Positions 55,546 to 64,000 of a DNA stretch of 64,000 bases are shown piece by piece (position 1 is the first letter of the stretch; every line of letters begins with the position of its first letter). The notes under the pieces are model-generated. The model did not search any database. It had not been told where the DNA came from and worked only from the letters and a program-made list of their open reading frames with translations. Location: the NCBI GenBank assembly GCA_041666045.1, contig JBAYHR010000002.1, forward strand, positions 18,773 through 82,772. Direction: 5' to 3'. The DNA is from Minisyncoccota bacterium. GTDB lineage: Bacteria; Patescibacteriota; Minisyncoccia; Phycocordibacterales; UBA9973. The translations under genes and the position numbers were made by a program.

Positions 55546-57591
55546 ATGAAAAGGATAGATATGGATGTTTTTTTAGTTAATATTTTGCTTTTTTTATTGC
55601 CCCTTATTTATGTTATAGGATTTTTCTCTTTTAATTCATTACGTTATTTTTTCTTTGGAACAATAGTTCTTATTCTTACAATATTTACTACGATAAGATT
55701 TATTAAAAATAAATGGCTTATAAATAATTTTTTTAAAAGCTGGTATAGTTATGGATTAATTGCTTATTTAACTTCTTTTTTTATAGTTTCAATTACAAGT
55801 ATTGACCCAGCTCTTTCTTTTTTTTCTTCTTTTTCTAGAAGTGATGGATTTTTTGCAATCCTTTTCCTTTCTTTGTTTTCATTGTCTATTTATAGCATTA
55901 TTTCTGTTTCTGAAAATAAAAAAGAAATTATTAAGCAATTTCTTGCTTCTTCTGTTTTGGGCGCGGTTGTATTATCAATATTTATTCTTTTTTCTTCAGA
56001 AGGGTTGTCTATCTTTAATTGGAATTGGTTAACTAAAACTGGGGGAGGAGCGATGACGGGGAACCAGTCTATTGCAGGTTCTTATATTATATGGAATATC
56101 TTTTTTGCGGTAATTTTATTTTTCAAATCAGATTTTTTAAAAGAAAAGATATTTTCTATTTTTTCCTTTTTTATTTTAATTTTTTCTCCTTTATTTTTTA
56201 ATTGGCATTTATTTTTTGGAAAAATCAAATATTCAGGATTAACAAGTTTTGTTGGTTTAGCCAGAGGTGTGTTTTTAGGTATAATTTTTGGTTTTTTAGT
56301 AGCGATAGGAATCTATTTTTTATTGCAGAAAAATAAAATTAAAAAATATATTGGGATAGGGTTAATATCAATTATTTTTATAAGTACTATTTTAGGCGGA
56401 ATATCACTTTTGCAAAAATCTTCTGTTTTGCATCAAAAATTTATTGAAAATGTTGGTGGAAATCGTTTTATTTTTTGGGATGCTGCATTGGAAGGATTCA
56501 AAGAGAGTCCTTTGGTTGGCATAGGTCCAAGTAATTTTGGGTATTCCTTTCATAAATACTTTAATGCTAAATTAGAATATGAAGTTATGGTTGATAAAGC
56601 GCATAATATTTTTTTTGAAAGTTTAGTTAATGGTGGAATATTGCTTATTTTAGCATTGTTATTTTTTATTACCTCAATTATTACCGGACTGATAAAATTG
56701 GCAAAAAAGAATGAATTTTCAATTTTAGAAATTTCTTTATTTATTGGAGTATTATTTGGTTGGTTATTTCAAGCTCAATTTGTATTTGATTCTATTTTAT
56801 CTCTTTCGATGCTTTTCTTGATTTGCGGTATTTTATATGGATGTTTGGAAGAAAAAATAGAAAATCACAAAAAAATATATTATTTTTCTAAAAAAGAGAA
56901 ATTAGTTATCTTTATCATTGTTCTTGTAATTATTTCATTATTTATTTATACAATTGCTCTTCCTTATAAAAAAAATAGAACAATGTATAAAACATACAGT
57001 ACTAGCTTGCCAGCTCGTATTATTTTATGGAAAGATCTTTCCGGCATATCCCCAATGGGAGATTCAATTGATACTGTTGTAATGTTTGATAAAGTATTTA
57101 AATCTTATTATACAGAAATAAAAATGAAATATGTTGGCAATTGGGATATTCGTAAAAAAGAGATAATTCTAAAAGAGTTAGATGCTATTATTAATTATTT
57201 TTCTAATTCAACTTACCGAAAAGATGATTATGAATTTATTACTCTAAATATTAAATTTGGCTGGATAAGAATGTATATTGCTAATGATTTTTCTGGTTTT
57301 TTATTTGATAAAACTAAAGAACTTATTAAAAAAGCAATGTTATTGTCTCCAACAGATCCACAACCTTATTGGCTTGGTGTTCAAATAGAGATTGCAAATC
57401 AAAATTTTTCTGAAGCAAAAAGCTTATTGGAAAAAGCTTTTTCCCTTGAACCAAAATTAAAATATACTAATAATATGATTTTATTACTTGCAAAAGATAT
57501 GAAAGATGAAGTATATTATAATTTTGCTCTTAAACGAGCTGGAGAAAATATTTCCAATTTTATTATTAATAATGAAATAAAATTTAAGTAA
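55546..57591 (+). CDS. Second Wzy_C membrane protein with C-terminal TPR-like region
   Basis: RFIFWDAALEGFKESPLVGIG; DKAHNIFFE; TPR-like tail. Confidence 0.88.
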   Translation: MKRIDMDVFLVNILLFLLPLIYVIGFFSFNSLRYFFFGTIVLILTIFTTIRFIKNKWLINNFFKSWYSYGLIAYLTSFFIVSITSIDPALSFFSSFSRSDGFFAILFLSLFSLSIYSIISVSENKKEIIKQFLASSVLGAVVLSIFILFSSEGLSIFNWNWLTKTGGGAMTGNQSIAGSYIIWNIFFAVILFFKSDFLKEKIFSIFSFFILIFSPLFFNWHLFFGKIKYSGLTSFVGLARGVFLGIIFGFLVAIGIYFLLQKNKIKKYIGIGLISIIFISTILGGISLLQKSSVLHQKFIENVGGNRFIFWDAALEGFKESPLVGIGPSNFGYSFHKYFNAKLEYEVMVDKAHNIFFESLVNGGILLILALLFFITSIITGLIKLAKKNEFSILEISLFIGVLFGWLFQAQFVFDSILSLSMLFLICGILYGCLEEKIENHKKIYYFSKKEKLVIFIIVLVIISLFIYTIALPYKKNRTMYKTYSTSLPARIILWKDLSGISPMGDSIDTVVMFDKVFKSYYTEIKMKYVGNWDIRKKEIILKELDAIINYFSNSTYRKDDYEFITLNIKFGWIRMYIANDFSGFLFDKTKELIKKAMLLSPTDPQPYWLGVQIEIANQNFSEAKSLLEKAFSLEPKLKYTNNMILLLAKDMKDEVYYNFALKRAGENISNFIINNEIKFK

Positions 57592-57598
57592 ATTATTT

Positions 57599-58504
57599 AT
57601 GGAAAAAATCATTGTTACAGGAGGGGCTGGTTTTATAGGATCACATATCGTAGATGCTCTTATTAATGAAGAATATGAAGTTCATATTATAGATAATATG
57701 TGTGCTGGAAAAAAGGAAAATATAAATTCTAAAGCAATTTTACATATTGTTGATATAAGAGATAAAGAAAAACTTGTTCCAATTTTTAAAGGTGTAAAAT
57801 ATGTTTTTCACGAGGCTGCCTTACCAAGAGTTCAATATTCTATAGAAAATCCAATTGAAACGCATGAAATTAACGTAACAGGCTTGTTAAATGTATTAGA
57901 GGCTTCAAGGGTAAATAACGTAAAGAGAGTGATTTTTGCCTCTTCTAGCGCCATATATGGAGATTCAGATATATTGCCAACAATGGAGACTATGGAAGCA
58001 AATCCGCTTTCCCCTTATGCGGCTCATAAATATATTGGAGAAATTTATCTTAAATTATATGCGCAAATTTATGGAGTGCAAACTGTTTGCCTTCGTTACT
58101 TTAATGTTTATGGACCGCGTATTAATCCAGATGGAGCTTATCCTTTGGTTATAGGGTATTTTTTAAAATTGTCTATGCAAAACAAACCTCTTACTATTAC
58201 TGGAGATGGAAAGCAAACCAGAGATTTTACTCACGTGAGTGATGTGGTAAAAGCTAATTTATTGGCAATGAAATCTGATAAAGTGGGGAAGGGTGAAATT
58301 ATAAATATTGGGGGTGGACAGAGATATGATATTAATTATATTGCCAAATTAATTGGTGGTAAGATAGAATACATTCCTTCTCGCATAGAACCCCATGATA
58401 CAGAAGCTGATATTTCAAAAGCAAAAGAACTTCTTGATTGGGAACCGACCATTAAAATAGAGGATGGAATTTTAGAATTAAAGGAGATAAGTAAATTATT
58501 TTAA
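57599..58504 (+). CDS. NAD-dependent nucleotide-sugar epimerase/dehydratase
   Basis: TGGAGFIG, ASSSA, YAAHK, RYFNVYGP. Confidence 0.93.
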   Translation: MEKIIVTGGAGFIGSHIVDALINEEYEVHIIDNMCAGKKENINSKAILHIVDIRDKEKLVPIFKGVKYVFHEAALPRVQYSIENPIETHEINVTGLLNVLEASRVNNVKRVIFASSSAIYGDSDILPTMETMEANPLSPYAAHKYIGEIYLKLYAQIYGVQTVCLRYFNVYGPRINPDGAYPLVIGYFLKLSMQNKPLTITGDGKQTRDFTHVSDVVKANLLAMKSDKVGKGEIINIGGGQRYDINYIAKLIGGKIEYIPSRIEPHDTEADISKAKELLDWEPTIKIEDGILELKEISKLF

Positions 58505-58956
58505 TGAAAAAATTAAAAAAGAAAAAGAAAAAAATTGTTGCAGTAAGTGGTGGGTTTGATCCGATTCACATAGGGCATGTTCGTTATATGAAAGAGGCTA
58601 AAGCAATGGGTGATAAGTTAATTGTAATTTTAAATAATGATAATTGGTTAAAATTAAAAGGAAAACCAGTTTTTATGCCAGATAAAGAAAGAAAAGAAAT
58701 TATAGAAGCATTTGATTGCGTAGATGAAGTAATTATTTCACGACACCCTAAAAATACTAAAGAAATGAGTGTTTGTAAGGAGTTGGCAAAAATCAAACCT
58801 GATATTTTTGCAAATGGTGGAGATAGGAAAGATTTTAATATTCCAGAATTTACATTATGTAATGATTTAGGTATTAAAATGGTTTTTAATGTCGGTCGTG
58901 GAGGTAAAATTCGCAGTTCTTCGGAATTATTAAAAAAATATTCTAAAAAAATATAA
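58504..58956 (+). CDS. Cytidylyltransferase-family (HIGH) nucleotidyltransferase
   Basis: [18 protein letters not shown]. Confidence 0.9.
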   Translation: MKKLKKKKKKIVAVSGGFDPIHIGHVRYMKEAKAMGDKLIVILNNDNWLKLKGKPVFMPDKERKEIIEAFDCVDEVIISRHPKNTKEMSVCKELAKIKPDIFANGGDRKDFNIPEFTLCNDLGIKMVFNVGRGGKIRSSSELLKKYSKKI

Positions 58957-58963
58957 ACAATAT

Positions 58964-60019
58964 ATGAAAAATAAAAAAAGAGCATTGATTACAGGTATTA
59001 CAGGTCAAGATGGTTCATATCTTGCCGAGTTTTTATTAAAAAAAGGGTATGAGGTTCATGGTATTATTCGTCGAGCTAGCACTTTTAATACTGGTCGCTT
59101 AGATAATATTTACCAGGATCCTCATGAAAGCGGACGTCGACTTTTTCTGCATTATGGTGATATTTCAGATAGTAGTAATATTAGTCGTTTAATTGAAAAA
59201 ATTAAACCAGATGAAATTTATCATTTAGCGGCGCAAAGTCACGTTCGGGTTAGTTTTGATTTGCCAGAATATACTGGAGATGTTACTGGATTAGGTACCG
59301 TTAGAATTTTAGATGCTATAAAAAATTCTGGAATCAAAACTAAATTTTATCAGGCCTCTTCAAGTGAAATGTTTGGTAAAGTTGATAAAAAAGATTTACC
59401 AATTACAGAAAAAAATCAATTTTATCCTAGATCTCCTTATGGTTGCTCGAAAGTATATTCATATTGGAGTACAAAAAATTATCGTGAAAGTTATGGTTTA
59501 TTTGCTGTGAATGGTATTTTATTTAACCATGAATCTCCTCGTCGTGGAGAAACTTTCGTTACTCGTAAGATTACTAGAGGTCTGGCTCGTATAAAAAATG
59601 GTAAAGATAAAAAATTATTTCTTGGATATTTAGACGCTAGTCGCGACTGGGGCTATGCACCAGATTATGTGGAGGCGATGTATTTAATGCTTCAACAAAA
59701 AAACCCAGGAGATTATATCATTGCTACCGGCGAAACACACACCGTTCGTGAATTTATAGAAAAGGCAGCAAAATATGTTGGATTTGATTTGATTTGGAAA
59801 GGTAAAGATTTGGATGAGAAAGGAATTGATAAAAAAACCGGTAAAGTTATAGTAGAAATTGATCCGAAATATTTTAGACCAGCTGAAGTGGATATTTTAT
59901 TGGGTGATTATAAAAAAGCAAAAAAAGAATTAGGCTGGAAACCAAAAGTTAAATTTGATGAATTAATTAAAATAATGATGGAAGCTGATTTAAAAAACGA
60001 TAGAAAGAGTGAAGAATAA
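58964..60019 (+). CDS. gmd: GDP-mannose 4,6-dehydratase
   Basis: [35 protein letters not shown]. Confidence 0.98.
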   Translation: MKNKKRALITGITGQDGSYLAEFLLKKGYEVHGIIRRASTFNTGRLDNIYQDPHESGRRLFLHYGDISDSSNISRLIEKIKPDEIYHLAAQSHVRVSFDLPEYTGDVTGLGTVRILDAIKNSGIKTKFYQASSSEMFGKVDKKDLPITEKNQFYPRSPYGCSKVYSYWSTKNYRESYGLFAVNGILFNHESPRRGETFVTRKITRGLARIKNGKDKKLFLGYLDASRDWGYAPDYVEAMYLMLQQKNPGDYIIATGETHTVREFIEKAAKYVGFDLIWKGKDLDEKGIDKKTGKVIVEIDPKYFRPAEVDILLGDYKKAKKELGWKPKVKFDELIKIMMEADLKNDRKSEE

Positions 60020-60033
60020 TCAATTTATTAAAA

Positions 60034-60474
60034 ATGAATTTAATACCACTAGAAACATATAAAAAAATCCATAAAAATATACCTATTCTTTGTGTTGATT
60101 TAGTTATTTTAGATAAAAAGAAAAATTTTTTATTAGTGAAAAGAGCTAATGAACCAGCCAAGGGAAAATGGTGGTTTATTGGAGGCAGAGTTAATAAATT
60201 TGAAACACTTAAAAAAGCAGTTGCTAGAAAAGCTAAAGAAGAAATAGGATTAAAAGTAAAAATATTAAAGTGTCTAGGTGTTGATGAAACAATTTTTAAA
60301 AATGGTCCATTTGGTTGGCCTACCCATACAATTAATGTGGTTTTTTTAGTTGAACTTGATAATAAATTAATTAAAATTGATTATCAATCTAAAAAATATG
60401 AATGGTTTAGTCAAATAAACAACAATTGGCCAAGTTATATAAAAAAATTTATTAAATTAGGTTTAGTTAATTAA
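60034..60474 (+). CDS. GDP-mannose mannosyl hydrolase-like Nudix protein
   Basis: PILCVDLVI, R.NEPAKG.W...GGR...ET...A..R...EEIG; follows gmd. Confidence 0.8.
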   Translation: MNLIPLETYKKIHKNIPILCVDLVILDKKKNFLLVKRANEPAKGKWWFIGGRVNKFETLKKAVARKAKEEIGLKVKILKCLGVDETIFKNGPFGWPTHTINVVFLVELDNKLIKIDYQSKKYEWFSQINNNWPSYIKKFIKLGLVN

Positions 60475-60513
60475 TTGAAATAATAAATATTTGTTTTAGT
60501 TTAGAGATAAAAT

Positions 60514-60546
60514 AAAAATCTCCAACAATTAAAGTTGGAGATTTTT
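60514..60546. terminator. Bidirectional terminator
   Basis: aaaaatctccaac-7 nt-gttggagattttt. Confidence 0.8.
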
Positions 60547-60556
60547 GTATTTGCGA

Positions 60557-61198
60557 TTATTTTTTAAGTAACCTTAATTGTATTAAGGCTTTGTAAGAAC
60601 AAGCTACGGCGCTTGTTTCTACAAAAAGCTCAGAATTTAAAACTTCCAAAAATTCTTCAATCGGGACTTCCAAAATCTCAATAATCTCGTTTGGTTCCGG
60701 ATTTCTAGCTTTTTGTTTTTTTATCAAGCCGGTTGCTAAAAATAAATGTGCTGGTAGTCCATGGTCATTTGGTCCTGCTCCACGATATTTTCCAGATTCA
60801 ATAATTACGTGACCAAGATATTTAAAAATTCCATCTCCATAGCCGGTCTCTTTTAAAAAGGAACTTTTAGTCTTTTCAGTAATTTCTTCTTGGGTGGCTT
60901 CAGGAGAAATTTTTCCAATACCACCTGGTGATAATTCCCAATTTGCCATATTTGTTCCGGGCTTCCATTGGATAATTGTTATTACTTTATTTTCTGTGGT
61001 GACTCCAAAGACAACACTCCATCCAAAATATCGAAGAATAGAATGATAATCTTGAATTCCAGTTGGAGTTGCTAGATCATAATCTAGTGTTTGACCAAAG
61101 AATGGGATCTTCGTTCCCAATCTGTATTCACCAACTAGTGGCCAGCCATTAAATTTGGCTTGGTTTGCAATTTTCAGAAATTTTTTAGTAATTTTCAT
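60557..61198 (-). CDS. Divergent Nudix-fold protein (ADP-ribose pyrophosphatase-like)
   Basis: QWKPG...WELSPGG...KETGY; HLFLATGL; EPNEIIE. Confidence 0.7.
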   Translation of the reverse strand: MKITKKFLKIANQAKFNGWPLVGEYRLGTKIPFFGQTLDYDLATPTGIQDYHSILRYFGWSVVFGVTTENKVITIIQWKPGTNMANWELSPGGIGKISPEATQEEITEKTKSSFLKETGYGDGIFKYLGHVIIESGKYRGAGPNDHGLPAHLFLATGLIKKQKARNPEPNEIIEILEVPIEEFLEVLNSELFVETSAVACSYKALIQLRLLKK

Positions 61199-61279
61199 GG
61201 TTTTTATTTTTAGTTTATGTTATTATGTAAGATACAAAGTTATCCTTTTATAGGATAGCATATGTTTGATAATATGTCA

Positions 61280-62233
61280 ATGAATAAAAATTCAAAAATT
61301 TACGTCGCAGGACACAGGGGATTGGTTGGTTCTGCACTTACAAGAGCGCTGAAAAAAGGGGGATACACCAATCTTATTATGCGTACTCATCAAGAACTTG
61401 ACCTTACGCGTCAAGCGGATGTTGAACATTTTTTTATGACTGAAAAGCCAGAATATGTTTTTCTCGCGGCCGCTAAAGTCGGGGGCATTATGGCAAATAA
61501 TACATATCCAGCGGAATTCATTTATCAAAATCTAGTTATTGAAACAAATATTATTGAAAGTGCGAGAAAGAATGGTGTGAAAAAACTTCTCTTTTTGGGA
61601 AGTTCCTGCATTTACCCAAAATTTGCTCCTCAGCCGATGAAGGAAGAACATCTTTTAACTGGAACGATTGAGCCAACGAATGAGCCATATGCGCTTGCGA
61701 AAATTGCGGGCATTAAGATGTGCCAGAGCTACAATCGTCAGTATGGGACTAATTTTGTGGCAGTCATGCCAACTAATTTATATGGTCCGAATGATAATTT
61801 TGACCTAACCTCATCGCATGTTTTACCTGCGCTCATTCGTAAATTTCATGAAGCCAAAGAAGCTGGAGCTAAAGAAGTCGTGGCATGGGGTACAGGGTCA
61901 CCCAAGCGAGAGTTCCTGCATGTTGATGATTTGGCGGAGGCATGTCTTTTTGTCATGAATAAATACAATCCGACTAAAGAAGAGAATGAAAAAGGTTCAA
62001 TATTTATGAATTTGGGAACCGGAGAAGATATATCAATCAAGGAACTTACGGAAATGATAAAGGAAGTTGTGGAATTTAAAGGAAAAATTGTCTGGGACAC
62101 AACAAAGCCTGATGGAACACCAAGAAAATTATTAGATGTATCTAAAATAAACAATCTCGGGTGGAAATCAGCTATAACGCTTGAGAATGGTATCAGAACC
62201 ACATATGAATGGTTCTTGGGGAATTTTAATTAA
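61280..62233 (+). CDS. fcl: GDP-L-fucose synthase
   Basis: [49 protein letters not shown]. Confidence 0.97.
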   Translation: MNKNSKIYVAGHRGLVGSALTRALKKGGYTNLIMRTHQELDLTRQADVEHFFMTEKPEYVFLAAAKVGGIMANNTYPAEFIYQNLVIETNIIESARKNGVKKLLFLGSSCIYPKFAPQPMKEEHLLTGTIEPTNEPYALAKIAGIKMCQSYNRQYGTNFVAVMPTNLYGPNDNFDLTSSHVLPALIRKFHEAKEAGAKEVVAWGTGSPKREFLHVDDLAEACLFVMNKYNPTKEENEKGSIFMNLGTGEDISIKELTEMIKEVVEFKGKIVWDTTKPDGTPRKLLDVSKINNLGWKSAITLENGIRTTYEWFLGNFN

Positions 62234-62257
62234 TTTTAATTAATTTTAAGATATTTT

Positions 62258-63022
62258 ATGGAAGAATTAAAAACAAAATCAGAGTTTGAACAGAAAAAAA
62301 GTAAATATTTTATTTCATTAGGGTTTCGTGTTCGTGAAGTATTAGAGTTGCATAAACTTTATAATCTTTGGGGAGAGAAAGATACAAAAGAAGATTGGAG
62401 AAATGTATCTGAACATTGTCTTGTTGAAGTGGGGAGAGTAAAAAAATTTGCCGAGATTTTAAACTTTTCGGAGGAGACAAAAAATAATCTTATTCTTGCA
62501 GCTGGAGTGCATGATTTTTATAAAAGATATGAAGTAGAAGAAACGGCAAAAGCAGGACGGACTTGGGATAGTTATGAAAAAGTATCCAAAGAAGGAACAG
62601 AAAAAATGTATAAAGCTGGTTTGTCACCAAAAGTAATATATCTTGCAAATGCTCCCGGACATTATTCATCACTTGCTGTTATGGAAGTTCTTAATCATCA
62701 GAAACTTTCTGAGAATGATATAGCTTTTCTTGTTATGCATTATGTTGATGATTATACGATAGGTAGTGATTGGGCAAAGAAAGGACAACTCGAACTAAGG
62801 ATACAACACAATGAAGCAAATTCCCAGTATACTATTTTAAATGAGGAAGGGAGGAGGTATTATAATGGGAAAACAACATTTGAAACACAAAGAGAGGTGA
62901 ACAAAATAGTTGCAGAAAAGCTTCTTTTCTTTTTACAGGAAAATAGTCAGAATATTACTGACTCAGAAGATATTCCACTTTTTATAGATGAAAAGATAAA
63001 AGAAGAAATAGAAAAAATATAA
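62258..63022 (+). CDS. HD-domain protein
   Basis: SEHC...VHDFYK...H...YVDD. Confidence 0.7.
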   Translation: MEELKTKSEFEQKKSKYFISLGFRVREVLELHKLYNLWGEKDTKEDWRNVSEHCLVEVGRVKKFAEILNFSEETKNNLILAAGVHDFYKRYEVEETAKAGRTWDSYEKVSKEGTEKMYKAGLSPKVIYLANAPGHYSSLAVMEVLNHQKLSENDIAFLVMHYVDDYTIGSDWAKKGQLELRIQHNEANSQYTILNEEGRRYYNGKTTFETQREVNKIVAEKLLFFLQENSQNITDSEDIPLFIDEKIKEEIEKI

Positions 63023-63062
63023 AGATGATTATTTTATTTTTAATAAAAAACAAATAAATTTT

Positions 63063-63950
63063 ATGATTATTACGCGACTAAAAGGAGGAATGGGAAATCA
63101 GATGTTCCAATATGCCTTGGGACGTGCTTTATCTATTAAATATAATGTTCCACTTGGATTAGACCTTGCTTTTTTATTGGATAGAACTCCGCGACCAAAA
63201 TTTCACCAATTTTCTTTTAGGAATTATGATTTAGATGTTTTTAATGTGAATGTTAAAATTATTTCTCAATCAAAAATTCCATTTTTCCATAGACAGTATT
63301 TTAAGGGTAAAATTATGGTATATATTAATGGTTTAATTAGTATTTTTGATAAAATTTTTAGAAAAGAAAAATATTTTGTTTTTAAAGAGTCTGTTTTAAA
63401 TAAAGGTCCGAATGCTTATCTTGATGGTTATTGGCAAAATCCAAAATATTTTGATGGTATAAAAGATATTCTTAGAAAAGATTTTACCATTAAGGATTTA
63501 ACAGATCAAAATATACAAAATTTATCAAAAGATATATTAAGTCAAAATTCTCTGTGCATTCATGTAAGAAGAGGTGATTTTGTTAGTAATAAAAATCACG
63601 ATATTGTTGCAAAGAATTATTATAATGAAAGATTAGAATATTTAAAAAAAATTGTTAGTGTTGATAAAATTTATGTTTTTTCTGACGATATTTCTTGGTG
63701 TAAAGAGAATTTAATATTTGATATTCCAACCATATTTGTAGAGAATAGTCTTTCTGGTAAAAAAGGAGAAGGACATTTATATTTAATGAGTTGTTGTAAG
63801 TATTTTATTATTCCCAATAGTACATTTTCTTGGTGGGGAGCTTGGTTGAGTATAAGAGAAGAAAAAATTGTAATTTGTCCTAAAAAATGGTTAAATAGTG
63901 AAGTAATTAATACAGATGATTTGATTCCTAAAGAATGGATAAGAATATAA
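63063..63950 (+). CDS. Alpha-1,2-fucosyltransferase (GT11)
   Basis: GGMGNQMFQYA, GYWQ, HVRRGD, FSDD, NSTFSWWGA. Confidence 0.95.
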   Translation: MIITRLKGGMGNQMFQYALGRALSIKYNVPLGLDLAFLLDRTPRPKFHQFSFRNYDLDVFNVNVKIISQSKIPFFHRQYFKGKIMVYINGLISIFDKIFRKEKYFVFKESVLNKGPNAYLDGYWQNPKYFDGIKDILRKDFTIKDLTDQNIQNLSKDILSQNSLCIHVRRGDFVSNKNHDIVAKNYYNERLEYLKKIVSVDKIYVFSDDISWCKENLIFDIPTIFVENSLSGKKGEGHLYLMSCCKYFIIPNSTFSWWGAWLSIREEKIVICPKKWLNSEVINTDDLIPKEWIRI

Positions 63951-63965
63951 TTAAAATTAAAAATT

Positions 63966-64000
63966 ATGAATAACGAAGAATTAAAAAATTTAATAATTTA
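63966..64000 (+). CDS. Start of the next gene, truncated by the window end
   Basis: ATG 63966 after an A/T leader, open to the end of the window. Confidence 0.4.
   Translation, partial: MNNEELKNLII

Noticed and set aside
1-64000. Apparent excess of CGCG/GCGC words; search for tRNA or rRNA genes
   Set aside because: Rough counts are not clearly above expectation without computation; no cloverleaf with a T-loop or rRNA-like tract was seen.

Overview
AT-rich bacterial chromosome segment (genetic code 11). Gene content and protein style point to a Patescibacteria/CPR (Parcubacteria-like) genome; this taxonomy is inference. The backbone is housekeeping: clpP, tig, hppA, nusA, tpiA, pgk, recJ, rnhA, split comEC, glyA, tmk, dut, argS, ileS, recO, glyS, metG, tatD, rpsF-ssb-rpsR, efp, recA, ftsK. 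It is interspersed with secreted or surface proteins and four Bacteroidota-like accessory genes, and ends in an S-layer-like gene followed by a glycosylation / GDP-fucose cluster. I found no rRNA, tRNA, CRISPR array, integrase or transposase. The unusual signal is mostly non-coding: (1) a four-helix-bundle + winged-helix gene whose promoter and ORF carry ~15 copies of a TAWNRGACA 9-mer, next to ftsK and DnaA boxes; (2) a family of CCCGTTAGAA...TTCTAACGGG hairpins that end exactly at start codons, twice with the first codons duplicated upstream; (3) a DUF559 nuclease between two identical 114-bp REP-like repeats, with a solo copy elsewhere; (4) several other small structured repeat families showing covariation, some in frame inside proteins; (5) a promoter- and terminator-bounded ~93-nt sRNA candidate facing a putative RNase gene; (6) an extended -10 box 6-7 nt before many ATGs, suggesting leaderless mRNAs. 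All calls were made by eye; no searches were run.
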